Positions 36,532-47,153 of a stretch of DNA of 64,000 nt are shown here, piece by piece. The notes beneath the pieces were generated by a model. It did not search any database. It was given only the letters and a program-made list of their open reading frames with translations, and was not told the origin of the DNA. The first letter of the stretch is position 1; every line of letters starts with the position of its first letter. Source of the DNA: an uncultured Candidatus Saccharibacteria bacterium (GTDB taxonomy: Bacteria > Patescibacteriota > Minisyncoccia > Phycocordibacterales > CAIRYW01); contig CAYUPH010000003.1 in the NCBI GenBank assembly GCA_964446625.1, positions 192-64,191 on the forward strand, given 5' to 3'. The position numbers and the translations under genes are program-made.

Positions 36532-37017
36532 TTACTTTGCAAGCACGCCAACTTTTAGAGAAGCAAGAATTTGCTCAGGTTTTTGCTGTCCTCCGTGCTG
36601 ATCTTCGAAAAGAGAAGTTCCGTCTTTTCCGCAGATTCTTAGGATCTTGCTTGCTCCTCCTGGATGTCGGTCAATATAGTTTGTAAGGTCGTACACTGAT
36701 CCGTTTATTGTCGTGTAGCAACTAGTTCGGTCGCTGTGTGTTGCAAGGTCTGCAAGTGTGAAAGTTTTTTGAGTTGAATTTTCTCCGGCCACCACACTTC
36801 CTCCTGTGCTTGTCTTTGTAGGAGTTGTCTCAGTTTTTTTTGTTTCTGTTACTGGTTTTACTTCCTCTTTAGGAGCGCTTGTATTTTCCTCCTCTGTTGG
36901 CACCACCTCTTCTGCAGTGTAGCTTCCACCTTCTGGAGCTTTGTCTCGCATGTTATACGCAAGTGCACCACCTCCGATTAAAACTAAAATAACGATCCAA
37001 ACAATTGTTTTGTTCAT
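36532..37017 (-). CDS. membrane-anchored cytochrome b5-like heme-binding domain protein
   Basis: N-terminal TM helix, Thr/Pro/Glu-rich linker, then YIDRHPGG…FEDQHG, the cytochrome b5 HPGG signature with a second His ligand. Confidence 0.55.
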   Translation of the reverse strand: MNKTIVWIVILVLIGGGALAYNMRDKAPEGGSYTAEEVVPTEEENTSAPKEEVKPVTETKKTETTPTKTSTGGSVVAGENSTQKTFTLADLATHSDRTSCYTTINGSVYDLTNYIDRHPGGASKILRICGKDGTSLFEDQHGGQQKPEQILASLKVGVLAK

Positions 37018-37043
37018 ATGTTTTTTATCTGCTAATTTAATAA

Positions 37044-37994
37044 TTAATTTAAAACTCCTATCGCTCTCTTTGCCTCCGCAAGCTTCTCGTTTGCAATATC
37101 TGTCGCTTTTCTTTTTCCTTCCTCCAAGATTTCTTTGAGACTATTTTCGTCCCTTGCAATCTCTTCTCTTCTTTGCCGGAGTGGTGCGATAAATGCTTTT
37201 ATATCTGAAATAAGGGCGTCTTTGAGTGCTTTGTACTTCCCTTTGTTTTCTTCGTAGAGAGGTCTTAGCTCGTCGTCTTTTTTGAAAAGCTTATGAATTG
37301 CGTAAACATTTTGCGGAAAGCCCCCTTCTGAGTCTGTGACAATAGTGAGGACTTTCTTTTCGATTTCCTCGTCACTTGCAAAAAGCGGTATGTAGTTTCC
37401 ATAGCTCTTGCTCATTTTTCTACCATCAGTACCTGGAACAATCGCAACATCTGGAACGATTTGCTCTGTGGGAAGCTTAAAAGTTTCTCCGAATTTAAAA
37501 TTAAACTTGTCTGCTATGTCTCGAGCGTACTCAACATGCTGTTTCTGGTCCTGGCCAACTGGAACTGTATCTGGGCTGTAAAGCAAAATATCTGCCGCCA
37601 TGAGGACGGGATAGTTAAATGTACCCATTGAAACCTCTGTTCCCTTCGCTTCAGCATCTTTGTATGCGTGTGCTCGCTCCAAAAAAGGGACAGTAACAAG
37701 AGTGTCGAAAATCCATGCAAGCTCTGTGTGCGCAGAAATGTCAGACTGCTTAAAGAGTGTTACTTTTTTTGGATCTAGTCCAATCGCAAGAAGATCGATG
37801 AGGAGATTTTTTGAAAGTGTCTGCATCTCCTCTTTGTTTTGTATAAAATTGAGAGCGTGGTAGTCGGCGATCATGGCGAAAACTTCGTTTTCGCTTGAAT
37901 TCGCCATGTCTACCCATTGCTTAAGGGCACCAAAATAGTTCCCAATGTGTGGGCTACCTGTTGGTTTTATGCCGGAAAGGATTCGCTTTGCCAT
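37044..37994 (-). CDS. trpS: tryptophanyl-tRNA synthetase
   Basis: ILSGIKPTGSPHIGNY (HIGH) and RKMSKSYGN (KMSKS). 316 aa. Confidence 0.9.
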   Translation of the reverse strand: MAKRILSGIKPTGSPHIGNYFGALKQWVDMANSSENEVFAMIADYHALNFIQNKEEMQTLSKNLLIDLLAIGLDPKKVTLFKQSDISAHTELAWIFDTLVTVPFLERAHAYKDAEAKGTEVSMGTFNYPVLMAADILLYSPDTVPVGQDQKQHVEYARDIADKFNFKFGETFKLPTEQIVPDVAIVPGTDGRKMSKSYGNYIPLFASDEEIEKKVLTIVTDSEGGFPQNVYAIHKLFKKDDELRPLYEENKGKYKALKDALISDIKAFIAPLRQRREEIARDENSLKEILEEGKRKATDIANEKLAEAKRAIGVLN

Positions 37995-38023
37995 GAGTCA
38001 ATTATATCAGAAAAGGGCACAGT

Positions 38024-39715
38024 CTACACCATGGCTTCAATACCTGGTTTTGGTGTGGCATGGAGCGCTTCGAGCTCAATATAGAAAGTAGAACCTTTTT
38101 CCTTTCCAGGAGATTCTGCCCAGATTTTGCCACGCTGAGCTTCGATAATCTTCTTGGCTACATAGAGACCGAGTCCGGTTCCCATAATATTTGCTTTTCC
38201 TGCTTCAGGAGCACGGATAAATTTCTCAAAAAGTCGAGGCATTACTTCTGCTGGAATTCCAATACCTGTGTCTTTAATTGAGATAAGAAGGTTATCTCGG
38301 TGGTTTCGCTCTATGTGAACATGAATACCTCCTTGCTTTGTATATTTTGTAGCGTTGTCGATTAGGTTTGAAATTACTTGTTTTATTTTTCCTTGATCTG
38401 CGTGAACCATGTACTCTTTTGTATTGTCAAAATCAAAAGAAAGTTTAAGGCTTGCCATTTCAACAGTTGGCATAAGTTCGTGGATTACGGATTCTGTAAG
38501 TTCTTTTAGGTTGAAATCAGAGAAATCGTACTTCATTCTACCTTGCTCAATTCGTGACACATCGAGGTAGTCTCCTACGAGAACGACGAGAGCTTGAGTT
38601 GATTTATACATTGTCTCTACCGCTTCCCTCACCTCAGGAGACAAATTTCCAAAGTCCCCTTCTAGAATAAGTGATGCGTAGCCTTTAACAGCAGTAAGGG
38701 GTCCTCGAAGCTGGTGGCTTGCAAGAGAAATGAATTCTGATTTTTGTTGGTCGAGCTCGCGCAGTCTTGCGTTTGTTTTCTCGAGGTTGGTAGTTAAATC
38801 CTGCAATTGCTCTCGTGTTTTAATCTCCTTTGCAACACTTTTAATGAGAAAGTACCCAAAAGAGATTGATAGTAAAAGATTAAAAGTGTTTAATATTTGG
38901 CTTGCTGTATCTTGGATAAAAAAGAATTGAAATGCCACGATTAAGGAAAGTGTGATAACAAGAACTTGTGCTCCAAATAATTTTATATTAAATATTTTGT
39001 ATCTTACAATCAAAAAAGCTATAACACCTATGAAAATTAAAATACCAAAAAGCCCGTATTGCTCATATGTATAATTGCCTGTTAAGTCAGAAATAAATCC
39101 AACTATATAAAAGGATCCAATAAAACTAACAAGGCCAAGAGAAAGTACTTTTGTTTGAAACTTCTCCTTTGCTTCTGCTTTTCTATAATGAAAAACTAGG
39201 AAACCGGCTGTTAAAACCATTAAAATTATTTTAAGTACGGAAACATAGTCAGCATATAAGTTTTTTTCAACAGCAATACACTCTTCAATGTTATAGGCAG
39301 TTATATTGAATTGTGAGTTGGCAAGCAGAAAAACTGGTGCGTATATAATTACTAAAAAAGCTTTGTAACGTTTCTCTAGGTCTTTATTTGTTGAGAAGAC
39401 ATATACAAAATAAAAGACAAGAAGAAAAATAAGAACACTTACAGTTTCAATAGGAGCCCAAGCTGCCATTAGCTTGCTTCCACTTATATATTGAAACCAG
39501 ATATTTAAATCAAGGAAAGACCAGATTGAGAAAGCGAGTGAAAGACTGAAAATGATTTTTGCGAGAAGAGATTTGCGGTCCTTTAAAAAAATAAAAAAAC
39601 CTAAAAGCAAGGTAAACACAGCTGTGCCAATATGCGAGTATAATAAAATTTCTTTCAAACCTCCAACATATTCTGCGCAATACTTTATGTTTTCTGCTAA
39701 GTTGTATTCAAGCAT
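38024..39715 (-). CDS. sensor histidine kinase with polytopic N-terminal domain (orphan)
   Basis: About 8 TM helices, HisKA H-box SHQLRGPL and HATPase_c G-boxes. No response regulator adjacent. Confidence 0.8.
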   Translation of the reverse strand: MLEYNLAENIKYCAEYVGGLKEILLYSHIGTAVFTLLLGFFIFLKDRKSLLAKIIFSLSLAFSIWSFLDLNIWFQYISGSKLMAAWAPIETVSVLIFLLVFYFVYVFSTNKDLEKRYKAFLVIIYAPVFLLANSQFNITAYNIEECIAVEKNLYADYVSVLKIILMVLTAGFLVFHYRKAEAKEKFQTKVLSLGLVSFIGSFYIVGFISDLTGNYTYEQYGLFGILIFIGVIAFLIVRYKIFNIKLFGAQVLVITLSLIVAFQFFFIQDTASQILNTFNLLLSISFGYFLIKSVAKEIKTREQLQDLTTNLEKTNARLRELDQQKSEFISLASHQLRGPLTAVKGYASLILEGDFGNLSPEVREAVETMYKSTQALVVLVGDYLDVSRIEQGRMKYDFSDFNLKELTESVIHELMPTVEMASLKLSFDFDNTKEYMVHADQGKIKQVISNLIDNATKYTKQGGIHVHIERNHRDNLLISIKDTGIGIPAEVMPRLFEKFIRAPEAGKANIMGTGLGLYVAKKIIEAQRGKIWAESPGKEKGSTFYIELEALHATPKPGIEAMV

Positions 39716-39722
39716 ACTACAA

Positions 39723-40496
39723 TTATATTACAACATTTAGCTTTTCAATATGTCTACCTGTCTTCTCATTATCATACGAAAGCCAATGCATATGTTTTTC
39801 AACTTCAAGGGGTAAGAGTGGGACGATTAGAGGCTTAACACCAAAAAATTTTTCTATAGCTAGTATGCTCGGAAGAACTTTAGCGTTGATAAACTCTCCT
39901 TCTTCTCGGTCTTCTAGTAAGTAGTTCTCAAATAATATTCCGTGGTATATAAATAGTGAAAGGAAATAAAAATAGTAATACCCTCCTTTTAGTCTTGTTA
40001 AGTTAAACCAACTTGTGATGTCTTTTATCTCCATTTTGGAATAGAGACCCTCTTCTTTCAGGAGATTTAGATGGAATTCTCTCAACGGCTCACCCCAAAG
40101 TGTATTAATCTCTGAAAATAGACTTCCTTCATACTCATTAAAATCAACAATTCTTTGAGAGTGAGTTTCGTATACTCCATTCTTGTTTCTTTTATAAAGA
40201 TAAAGTTTACAAAGATGATATTTGTCTGGGTTTCGTGAGACAAATTTATCATCATACTCTAAAAAGCAGGGTTTTAGGTCAATACTTGTGGCTAAGTCAA
40301 TAAAGTATTTACATTCAGTATTAGGAGTGGGAATACATCTACTAAAAAAACCATATTTCTGATCTATTTCAAGAAAAGTGGGAAAATCGTTACCAAAAAA
40401 GTCAATAATTTTTTTTCTTAGAATTGGGTCGTTTTTCCTTTTCTCCAATTCTTTTTGTGCTTCTTCAATCGTTATGTATATGTCCTCTACTTTCAT
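39723..40496 (-). CDS. hypothetical protein (257 aa)
   Basis: Intact ORF 7 nt downstream of the kinase. No motif. Confidence 0.35.
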   Translation of the reverse strand: MKVEDIYITIEEAQKELEKRKNDPILRKKIIDFFGNDFPTFLEIDQKYGFFSRCIPTPNTECKYFIDLATSIDLKPCFLEYDDKFVSRNPDKYHLCKLYLYKRNKNGVYETHSQRIVDFNEYEGSLFSEINTLWGEPLREFHLNLLKEEGLYSKMEIKDITSWFNLTRLKGGYYYFYFLSLFIYHGILFENYLLEDREEGEFINAKVLPSILAIEKFFGVKPLIVPLLPLEVEKHMHWLSYDNEKTGRHIEKLNVVI

Positions 40497-40500
40497 TTTG

Positions 40501-40866
40501 TTATTCAGTACACTGATCTTTTATGTTTATTATACTTCCATAACTATCTTTATTTTTGCATGTGATAATTACACAATTTCCTTCCCCTATTAAACCATCA
40601 CAGGTGAGAGGGGGGCAGTTATTATCTTCACAGAGTGGTGGTTTAGCAGCTGTTCTAAGTATGACTTTATAAAAAGTAAATTCATTGTCACAGTCTTCTT
40701 CCTCGCAGACTGCTTTAAAGCAACTTTCTTCTTGCGGATTACATTCAATACTAGAAAATAAGTAATAGTCTTTTTTTATCATAAATGTGTAGTATGAAAG
40801 ACCGCACACACAAATCGTTACAATAACAGTGATAAATATAAGAAAATTTGATTGTTTTTCTATCAT
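40501..40866 (-). CDS. Cys-rich small secreted/anchored protein
   Basis: N-terminal TM/signal anchor plus 12 Cys in 95 residues (CxxxxC, CEEEDC, CPPLTC, CKNK patterns). Confidence 0.35.
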   Translation of the reverse strand: MIEKQSNFLIFITVIVTICVCGLSYYTFMIKKDYYLFSSIECNPQEESCFKAVCEEEDCDNEFTFYKVILRTAAKPPLCEDNNCPPLTCDGLIGEGNCVIITCKNKDSYGSIINIKDQCTE

Positions 40867-40868
40867 TT

Positions 40869-41795
40869 CTAGCTTAAAAATGTGGTTCCTATAATCATAA
40901 TAATAATAGCAAATGCTTTTTTCGCAATAGCTCCTTTTGAAATATCTTCTTCAGTAATCTTTGGAAACAGAATGGTAATGAGAATACCTAGTAGGAAAAC
41001 AAAAACAGGCTGGGCTCCATTTATCACAACATTTGCCAAGGCTAGTGTTGTAAGGAGTGAGGCGTATACAGCAAACGCATTTCCGGTGGCGGTTAAAAGC
41101 TCACTTCCAATGTTCAGAGCAAGAATACTTTTGCCACTTTCTTTTATTGATGACAAGAAGTCTTTTCGATAGTTTGATTTAAAAACAAAAAGACAAAGGC
41201 CAAATAAGAGAATGCCAAAATGTTCCCAAAAGATTGAGCTCCAAAATGTTCCTTCCTGTAAGGTTCCGTATTTGAAGAGGCTGCTGTATCCTGCAAAGAG
41301 AAATGAAGAAATAAGAGCAAAAAATATTGCTTTCTTTTTGAAACGAATTTTTCCTTCTAGATTCTTTTCAGTAGAAAGAATGAGGGCTCCAAAAACAATT
41401 AAGAATGAAGCAATGGTCTGATTTTTGGTTAGTGATTCTCCAAGAAGAAAGAAACCTTGTATATAAGCAAAGACTGAAATCATTTGAAAGAAAGGCATAA
41501 TAACTGATGTCTCATCTTCATTTAAGGCAAAGATGTAAAAGAAAATTGCTAGTGCATTTAGTAGACCAGAGAGTATAAGTATTAGTTTTTCAGTATTACT
41601 TATACTTAAAATTACTTCAGAATTTAAATAAAAAACTACAGGAATAACTATGATAGAAAAAAGAGTGGAATACAGCATAATGGATCCCACTCCCTTGCCA
41701 GAGTGTTTGAAATATTTATCAATAAGATACTTGTCAGCGTGATTGACGATACTCCAAAGTAGTGGGGCTGAAACTGCAAAAATTAACCAAGTCAT
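40869..41795 (-). CDS. EamA/DMT-superfamily transporter
   Basis: About 10 TM helices arranged as two EamA-like halves. Confidence 0.65.
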   Translation of the reverse strand: MTWLIFAVSAPLLWSIVNHADKYLIDKYFKHSGKGVGSIMLYSTLFSIIVIPVVFYLNSEVILSISNTEKLILILSGLLNALAIFFYIFALNEDETSVIMPFFQMISVFAYIQGFFLLGESLTKNQTIASFLIVFGALILSTEKNLEGKIRFKKKAIFFALISSFLFAGYSSLFKYGTLQEGTFWSSIFWEHFGILLFGLCLFVFKSNYRKDFLSSIKESGKSILALNIGSELLTATGNAFAVYASLLTTLALANVVINGAQPVFVFLLGILITILFPKITEEDISKGAIAKKAFAIIIMIIGTTFLS

Positions 41796-41842
41796 TTATT
41801 TTGTTTATAAGTTTAAGTGTAACATCTTTTGGATTAAAACAA

Positions 41843-42877
41843 CTAGGGTTTACTTTCTAACGCAAGACTTATAAGTTCATCTACAAGATCTTCTGAATTA
41901 ATACCACATTGTTGCCATAGTTTTGGGAACATACTAGAGGGAGTAAATCCCGGAATAGTATTAATTTCATTTATATAAATCTTGTTGTCTGATGTTAAAA
42001 AGAAATCCACACGAGCGAAATCTCTGCACTCAAGTACCTCAAATGTCTTTATAGCCAACTCTTTGATTCTTTGCTCAATTGTTTTATTAATTGGTGCTGG
42101 GATTAGTAACTCACTTCCCTTTTTATCAATATATTTTGCATCATAAGAGTAAAAATCATGGCGAGATATGATTTCGCCACAGATTGATGCTTTAGGGTTC
42201 TTGGTTCCAATAATCGCGCACTCAATTTCTCGTCCAGGAACATACTTTTCTATTAGTATTTTTTTATCAAACGAGAAAGCATGTGAGAGAGAAGTTTTTA
42301 AATCTGCCTCACAAGCTACTTTTGTTATACCCACTGACGATCCTAAATTTGCAGGTTTTACAAAAAAAGGAACACCTAGTTTCTTTTTTATATCTTTAAA
42401 ATTGATTAACCCTAAAGCCTCTTTCCTAAAAACTATAAAATCCGCGATGGGTAACTGACAATCCCGGAGAAGTCTTTTCATTATATCCTTATCCATACCA
42501 ACAGCTGAACCGATCACATCTGCTCCTACATGAGGAATATTAATTGTTTTGAAGAAACCCTGGATAGTCCCATCCTCTCCGTTTGGTCCATGAAGAATAG
42601 GAAAGGCAATGTCTGGTTTTTGCTTTTCTATTATACTTATTATTCCAGATAATTTCGATTTATTCCTTCTTGTTATGACAACAGATTCAAGAAGATGAAA
42701 TTCTTCTTTTGAAAAGAGTGCCCACTCACCATTTTTACTAATTCCAATAAGTGTAACTTTATATTTTTTAGTGTTAAGAGAATTAACTACAAATTTCGCC
42801 GATTTTACAGATACTTCGTGTTCTGCGGACTTGCCCCCGAACAATATTAGTACATGGATTTTGCTTTTTTTCTTCAT
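41843..42877 (-). CDS. ddl: D-alanine--D-alanine ligase
   Basis: KIHVLILFGGKSAEHEVSV N-terminus and an ATP-grasp C-terminal region. Start moved to MKKKSK. Confidence 0.85.
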   Translation of the reverse strand: MKKKSKIHVLILFGGKSAEHEVSVKSAKFVVNSLNTKKYKVTLIGISKNGEWALFSKEEFHLLESVVITRRNKSKLSGIISIIEKQKPDIAFPILHGPNGEDGTIQGFFKTINIPHVGADVIGSAVGMDKDIMKRLLRDCQLPIADFIVFRKEALGLINFKDIKKKLGVPFFVKPANLGSSVGITKVACEADLKTSLSHAFSFDKKILIEKYVPGREIECAIIGTKNPKASICGEIISRHDFYSYDAKYIDKKGSELLIPAPINKTIEQRIKELAIKTFEVLECRDFARVDFFLTSDNKIYINEINTIPGFTPSSMFPKLWQQCGINSEDLVDELISLALESKP

Positions 42878-42933
42878 ATACAGAGTTAAGTATAACAATT
42901 ACTGATTTTATTGCTAAACAAAAAGAAGAGCTT

Positions 42934-44025
42934 TTACAGCCCTTCTTTTTGGAGTTCTTCCACGATTTTCTTTTCCTGCTTTGAGAGTTTTGTAGGGATT
43001 TTGATTTTGACTCGTATGAAGAGGTCCCCTCGTCTTCCACCTGTTGGTACTCCCTTTCCTTTTACGCGAAGCACTTCTCCGAAAGATACTCCGTTTGGAA
43101 TTACGATAGTGAGCGGACCATCGAGTGTTTCAATTTGGTATTCAGCTCCTAGAATTGCATCTGTTAGTTTGACATCGAGATCCATCACGAGGTTTGAGCC
43201 CTCTTTGTGGAAGACTTTGTCTTTTTGAACATGAATTTTTACATAAAGGTCACCAGGCGCTCCGGCTGTAATGGCTTCTCCTTTGCCAGTAAAGCGAATC
43301 ATTTCTCCGTTTTCAATTCCAGCTGGAACGTCAATTCGAATATCCTCCGCGGCTTCATGAACACCTTTTCCTTTACATTCTTTGCACTTTTCTTTTGGTA
43401 CTGCTCCTACTCCGTGGCAGTCTGTACAAGTTCGAGTGGCAGCAATTTGACCAAAGATTGAGCGCTTCATTTCACGGATTGTTCCTTTGCCACCACAAGT
43501 TGCACATGAGACCATGTCTGACCCAGGTTCGGCCCGGTTTCCTTTACACCTTTCGCACACGACATTTTTATTGAGAAGAACATGCTTTTCAACACCAAAA
43601 ACAGACTCTTTGAATGTGACTTCAATATCAATAGAAATGTCCCTACCCTTTTTTTGACTTTGTCTCCTACCACCTCCTCCAAAGAAGTCTCCAAATATGT
43701 CTCCTAGGTCTTCAAAGTTGAATTCGAAACCGCCTCCTGCGCCTTGGCGAAAGCCTCCGAAGTCGAATCCTTCAAAACCTCCGAATCCACCAGCGCCAGC
43801 TCCTCCACCTGCACCAGAAAAACCGTGTCCGTATGTGTCATACTGACTTCTTTTTGCAGAGTCCGAGAGTACGCTGTACGCCTCGCTTGCTTCTTTAAAC
43901 TTCTCTTCGTTTCCCTTTCCTTTGTCTGGGTGATATTGGTGTGCCAACTTCCTGAACGCTTTTTTGATATCGTCCGCAGAAGCACTTTTTGAAACTCCGA
44001 GAATTTCGTAATAATCTTTTTTCAT
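42934..44025 (-). CDS. dnaJ: chaperone DnaJ
   Basis: J-domain with HPD, G/F-rich region, and four CxxCxGxG repeats. Confidence 0.9.
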   Translation of the reverse strand: MKKDYYEILGVSKSASADDIKKAFRKLAHQYHPDKGKGNEEKFKEASEAYSVLSDSAKRSQYDTYGHGFSGAGGGAGAGGFGGFEGFDFGGFRQGAGGGFEFNFEDLGDIFGDFFGGGGRRQSQKKGRDISIDIEVTFKESVFGVEKHVLLNKNVVCERCKGNRAEPGSDMVSCATCGGKGTIREMKRSIFGQIAATRTCTDCHGVGAVPKEKCKECKGKGVHEAAEDIRIDVPAGIENGEMIRFTGKGEAITAGAPGDLYVKIHVQKDKVFHKEGSNLVMDLDVKLTDAILGAEYQIETLDGPLTIVIPNGVSFGEVLRVKGKGVPTGGRRGDLFIRVKIKIPTKLSKQEKKIVEELQKEGL

Positions 44026-44133
44026 TTTGTTAGTAATTTAAAATTTGAAATCAAAGTCAAATAGTTCTAAGGAAAAGGATTCTCCGCCGCTGCCAAGGGC
44101 AGCGGCGGTTCCTCCCTCCTTTTTCATGGGAGT

Positions 44134-46038
44134 TTATTTATTTTCTCCCTCTTCTTTTACTTCAGCGTCTCGAGCTGCGCCTTCTTCTGGCTTTGCTTCA
44201 CCTGAAGTGTTTCCTCCGGCAGCCTCCTTTTCAGCCGCAGCTTTTTGGAGAATTTCTCCAATCTTAGATACTTCCATTTCAAGCTCAGTGCTCGCTTTCT
44301 TTATTACCTCAAGATCGCTTCCTTCCTTCGCTTTCTTTGCCACGTCTATCTTGTCCTGAATGGCTTTTTTTGTTTCCTCTGGCACTTTGTCTCCGTGATC
44401 ACGAAGAGATTTCTCTGCAAAGTAGATTCCTTGCTCTGCTGTGTTTCGAGTTTCAACTTCTTGCTTCTTTTTCTCGTCGGCAGAAGCGTTCATCTCCGCA
44501 TCTTTTTTCATCTTTTCGATTTCAGCGTCTGTGAGCCCTGAACTTGCTTCAATTCGGATTGATTGCTCTTTGTTTGTGGCCTTGTCCTTTGCTTTTACAT
44601 TTAGGATTCCGTTCGCATCAACATCGAATGTAACTTCGATTTGTGGAATTCCTCGTGGCGCTGGTGCAATACCGTCGAGGACGAATCGCCCAAGGCTTTT
44701 GTTGTCAGATGCCATTGATCGCTCACCTTGTACAATATGGATTTCTACCGAAGGCTGGTTGTCGCTTGCTGTTGAAAATGTTTGAGACCTACTTGTTGGA
44801 ATTGTAGTGTTCTTCTCAATAAGCTTTGTTGCAACACCTCCCATAGTTTCGATTCCAAGAGAAAGTGGGATTACATCAAGAAGAAGGACATCCTTCACAT
44901 CTCCCGCAAGGATTCCTCCTTGGATAGCAGCCCCGAGCGCTACTACTTCGTCTGGGTTTACTCCCATATGAGGCTCCTTTCCAAAGTAGTCCTTCACTGC
45001 CTTTTGAAGTGCGGGCATTCGTGTCTGACCTCCTACAAGAATCACTTCGTTTATGTCTCCTACTTTAAATGGAGATGCTTCAAGAGCTCGCTTTGTGATT
45101 GCCATAGCTTTGTCGATAAACTCTGCTGTAAGCTCTTCAAGCTTTGCTCGTGTAAGTGTAATGAGAAGGTGACGAGGTCCAGATGCGTCAGAAGTAATGA
45201 ATGGAATATTTACCTCAGTTTGCACAGAAGTTGAAAGCTCAATCTTTGCTTTCTCTGCAGCTTCATCAAGTCGCTGAAGAGCTAGTGCATCGCTTCTAAG
45301 GTCAATTCCTGATTCTTTTTTGAACTCGTCAGCTAGGAAGTTTATGATTTTTTGATCAATATCCTTTCCTCCAAGGTGAGCGTCTCCGTCAGTTGATTTT
45401 ACTTCAACAACGTCGTCCCCTACTTCAAGGATAGAAATATCGAATGTTCCTCCTCCGAAGTCGAAGACTGCGATTTTCTCGTCTTTCTTTTTGTTGAATC
45501 CGTATGCAAGAGCTGCTGCTGTCGGTTCGTTAATGATTCGCTTTACATCAAGGCCTGCAATTTTTCCTGCGTCTTTTGTTGCCTGTCTTTGTGCGTCGTT
45601 AAAGTATGCAGGTACTGTGATAACTGCTTCTGTTACAGGTTCTCCAAGACGAGCTTCCGCATCTGCTTTTAGTTTCTGGAGGATCATAGCAGAAATCTCT
45701 TCTGGTCTGTTCCACTTTCCGCCCATTTTTACTTCAATACCTCCAGTGCTTCCCTTTTGCATTTCGTAAGGCACTGACACCTTATCTTTTTGTACTGCGC
45801 TTTCGTCAAAGTTATGCCCGATAAAACGCTTGATTTGATAAACAGTGTTCTTTGGGTTTGTTACTCCCTGTCTCTTAGCGAGGAGTCCTACAATTTTTTC
45901 TCCTGTTTTGCTTTCAGCAACAATAGAAGGTGTTGTTCGAGCTCCTTCTGCGTTCTCGAGGATAGTTGGGTCCCCTGCTTTCATTACAGCAACAGCAGAG
46001 TTTGTTGTTCCAAGATCGATTCCAATTATTTTAGACAT
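44134..46038 (-). CDS. dnaK: chaperone DnaK (Hsp70)
   Basis: [22 protein letters not shown], and EEVD-less acidic C-terminus. 634 aa. Confidence 0.95.
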   Translation of the reverse strand: MSKIIGIDLGTTNSAVAVMKAGDPTILENAEGARTTPSIVAESKTGEKIVGLLAKRQGVTNPKNTVYQIKRFIGHNFDESAVQKDKVSVPYEMQKGSTGGIEVKMGGKWNRPEEISAMILQKLKADAEARLGEPVTEAVITVPAYFNDAQRQATKDAGKIAGLDVKRIINEPTAAALAYGFNKKKDEKIAVFDFGGGTFDISILEVGDDVVEVKSTDGDAHLGGKDIDQKIINFLADEFKKESGIDLRSDALALQRLDEAAEKAKIELSTSVQTEVNIPFITSDASGPRHLLITLTRAKLEELTAEFIDKAMAITKRALEASPFKVGDINEVILVGGQTRMPALQKAVKDYFGKEPHMGVNPDEVVALGAAIQGGILAGDVKDVLLLDVIPLSLGIETMGGVATKLIEKNTTIPTSRSQTFSTASDNQPSVEIHIVQGERSMASDNKSLGRFVLDGIAPAPRGIPQIEVTFDVDANGILNVKAKDKATNKEQSIRIEASSGLTDAEIEKMKKDAEMNASADEKKKQEVETRNTAEQGIYFAEKSLRDHGDKVPEETKKAIQDKIDVAKKAKEGSDLEVIKKASTELEMEVSKIGEILQKAAAEKEAAGGNTSGEAKPEEGAARDAEVKEEGENK

Positions 46039-46062
46039 AGATTAAATAATTACAAATTACTA

Positions 46063-46099
46063 ATTAGCAATTACGAATGAAGTTTATTCGTAATTTAGA
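46063..46099. promoter_or_regulatory. palindromic operator candidate overlapping the dnaK promoter
   Basis: TTAGCAATTACGAAT-gaagttt-ATTCGTAATTTAGAA (12/15 inverted repeat; inner 8-bp arms perfect). Overlaps TTGCTA(-35)…TAATTA(-10), about 5-8 nt before the dnaK ATG. Confidence 0.5.
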
Positions 46100-46107
46100 A
46101 TTGGTAA

Positions 46108-46404
46108 TTATTTTGTCGGTGCCCTCGGTTTAGAACCACTAACGTAAATATTTGTACTATATGGAGAAACGATATTTTGCTTCGCTACTTTTGCTTTTTT
46201 GTAGACCGGACAAATTTGCTGTTTAGGTGTGTCTAGAAGGAGGACACTTGGAGCAGACTCTTCGATTTTACCAAGTTCAGTAACACTTATAACCTCAGCT
46301 TTTTGTTTTCCGAATTCATTTGAGACAGCAAAAACTACTCGGTAGACAATACCGTCTCGGGCAATCACTTTTTCGAAAATGTGTTTTCGTGAGGTTGTAA
46401 GCAT
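46108..46404 (-). CDS. hypothetical protein (98 aa) between grpE and dnaK
   Basis: Intact ORF. No motif. Confidence 0.35.
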   Translation of the reverse strand: MLTTSRKHIFEKVIARDGIVYRVVFAVSNEFGKQKAEVISVTELGKIEESAPSVLLLDTPKQQICPVYKKAKVAKQNIVSPYSTNIYVSGSKPRAPTK

Positions 46405-46476
46405 TGCTTTTAGGTCAACAAATTATATCAAAAATTTACACCTGTAAATAATTGACAAAATATATATTCTATTGTT

Positions 46477-47055
46477 TTATTCAAACACTTTAACTGTCGC
46501 CGGGCGGATTTCTTTTCCGTGCATTGTGTAGCCTTTTTGGATTACCTCTGCAACTGTTCCTTTTTTGCTTTCGTCGGCAGTCTCCACAGTTCCAATTGGA
46601 CTGTGTTTTGTAATGTTTACTGTTTCTCCTACGGGGTTTTCTTGTTTTACACCGAAGTTTTCAAGAACTCGCTGGATTTGATTATAGATGTACTCAACAC
46701 CACCTCTCCATGAGCTGTCTACTTTTTCCCACGCTTCTTTGTTTGCCATTGCCATGTCAAAAGCGTCGAGTGCGGGCAAAAGCTCGAGCACAAAGTTCTC
46801 GTTTGCATACTTTGTTAGTTCGCTTCTTGTCTTCTCCTCCTCCCTCTTTGCGTTTGCGTAATCAGCCTTTGCTCTCTGCCAGCCGTTTAGGTTTTCTTTT
46901 GCTTCAGCTTCTAGTTCTTTTACCCGTTTCTTTAGCTTCTTAACAGTCTCAGCAAGGTTATCATCTGAGTATTCCAAAGAGTCGTCCCCTTCGCTCACTT
47001 CTCCGCTTTCGTCCGGAGAGAAAACAATATCGTCATCTTTTTGTGTGTCATCCAT
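46477..47055 (-). CDS. grpE: nucleotide exchange factor GrpE
   Basis: Coiled-coil N-terminus and conserved beta-sheet C-terminal domain (…ITKHSPIGTVETADES…VIQKGYTMHGKEIRPATVKV). Confidence 0.85.
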   Translation of the reverse strand: MDDTQKDDDIVFSPDESGEVSEGDDSLEYSDDNLAETVKKLKKRVKELEAEAKENLNGWQRAKADYANAKREEEKTRSELTKYANENFVLELLPALDAFDMAMANKEAWEKVDSSWRGGVEYIYNQIQRVLENFGVKQENPVGETVNITKHSPIGTVETADESKKGTVAEVIQKGYTMHGKEIRPATVKVFE

Positions 47056-47107
47056 AGTGGAGATATTTTAAGTAAAAAAAAGTATAAAATCAAGGTAATA
47101 AAAAAAG

Positions 47108-47130
47108 TGAACCCAGGGCAGGGTTCACTA
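47108..47130 (-). terminator. intrinsic terminator (minus strand)
   Basis: gtgaaccc-agggca-gggttcac followed on the minus strand by T7. Confidence 0.6.
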
Positions 47131-47153
47131 AATTTTATTTTACATCACATTTC

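Noticed and set aside
46039-46107. Canonical CIRCE element (TTAGCACTC-N9-GAGTGCTAA) upstream of dnaK or grpE
   Set aside because: Not present. Only the divergent palindrome reported in findings occurs.
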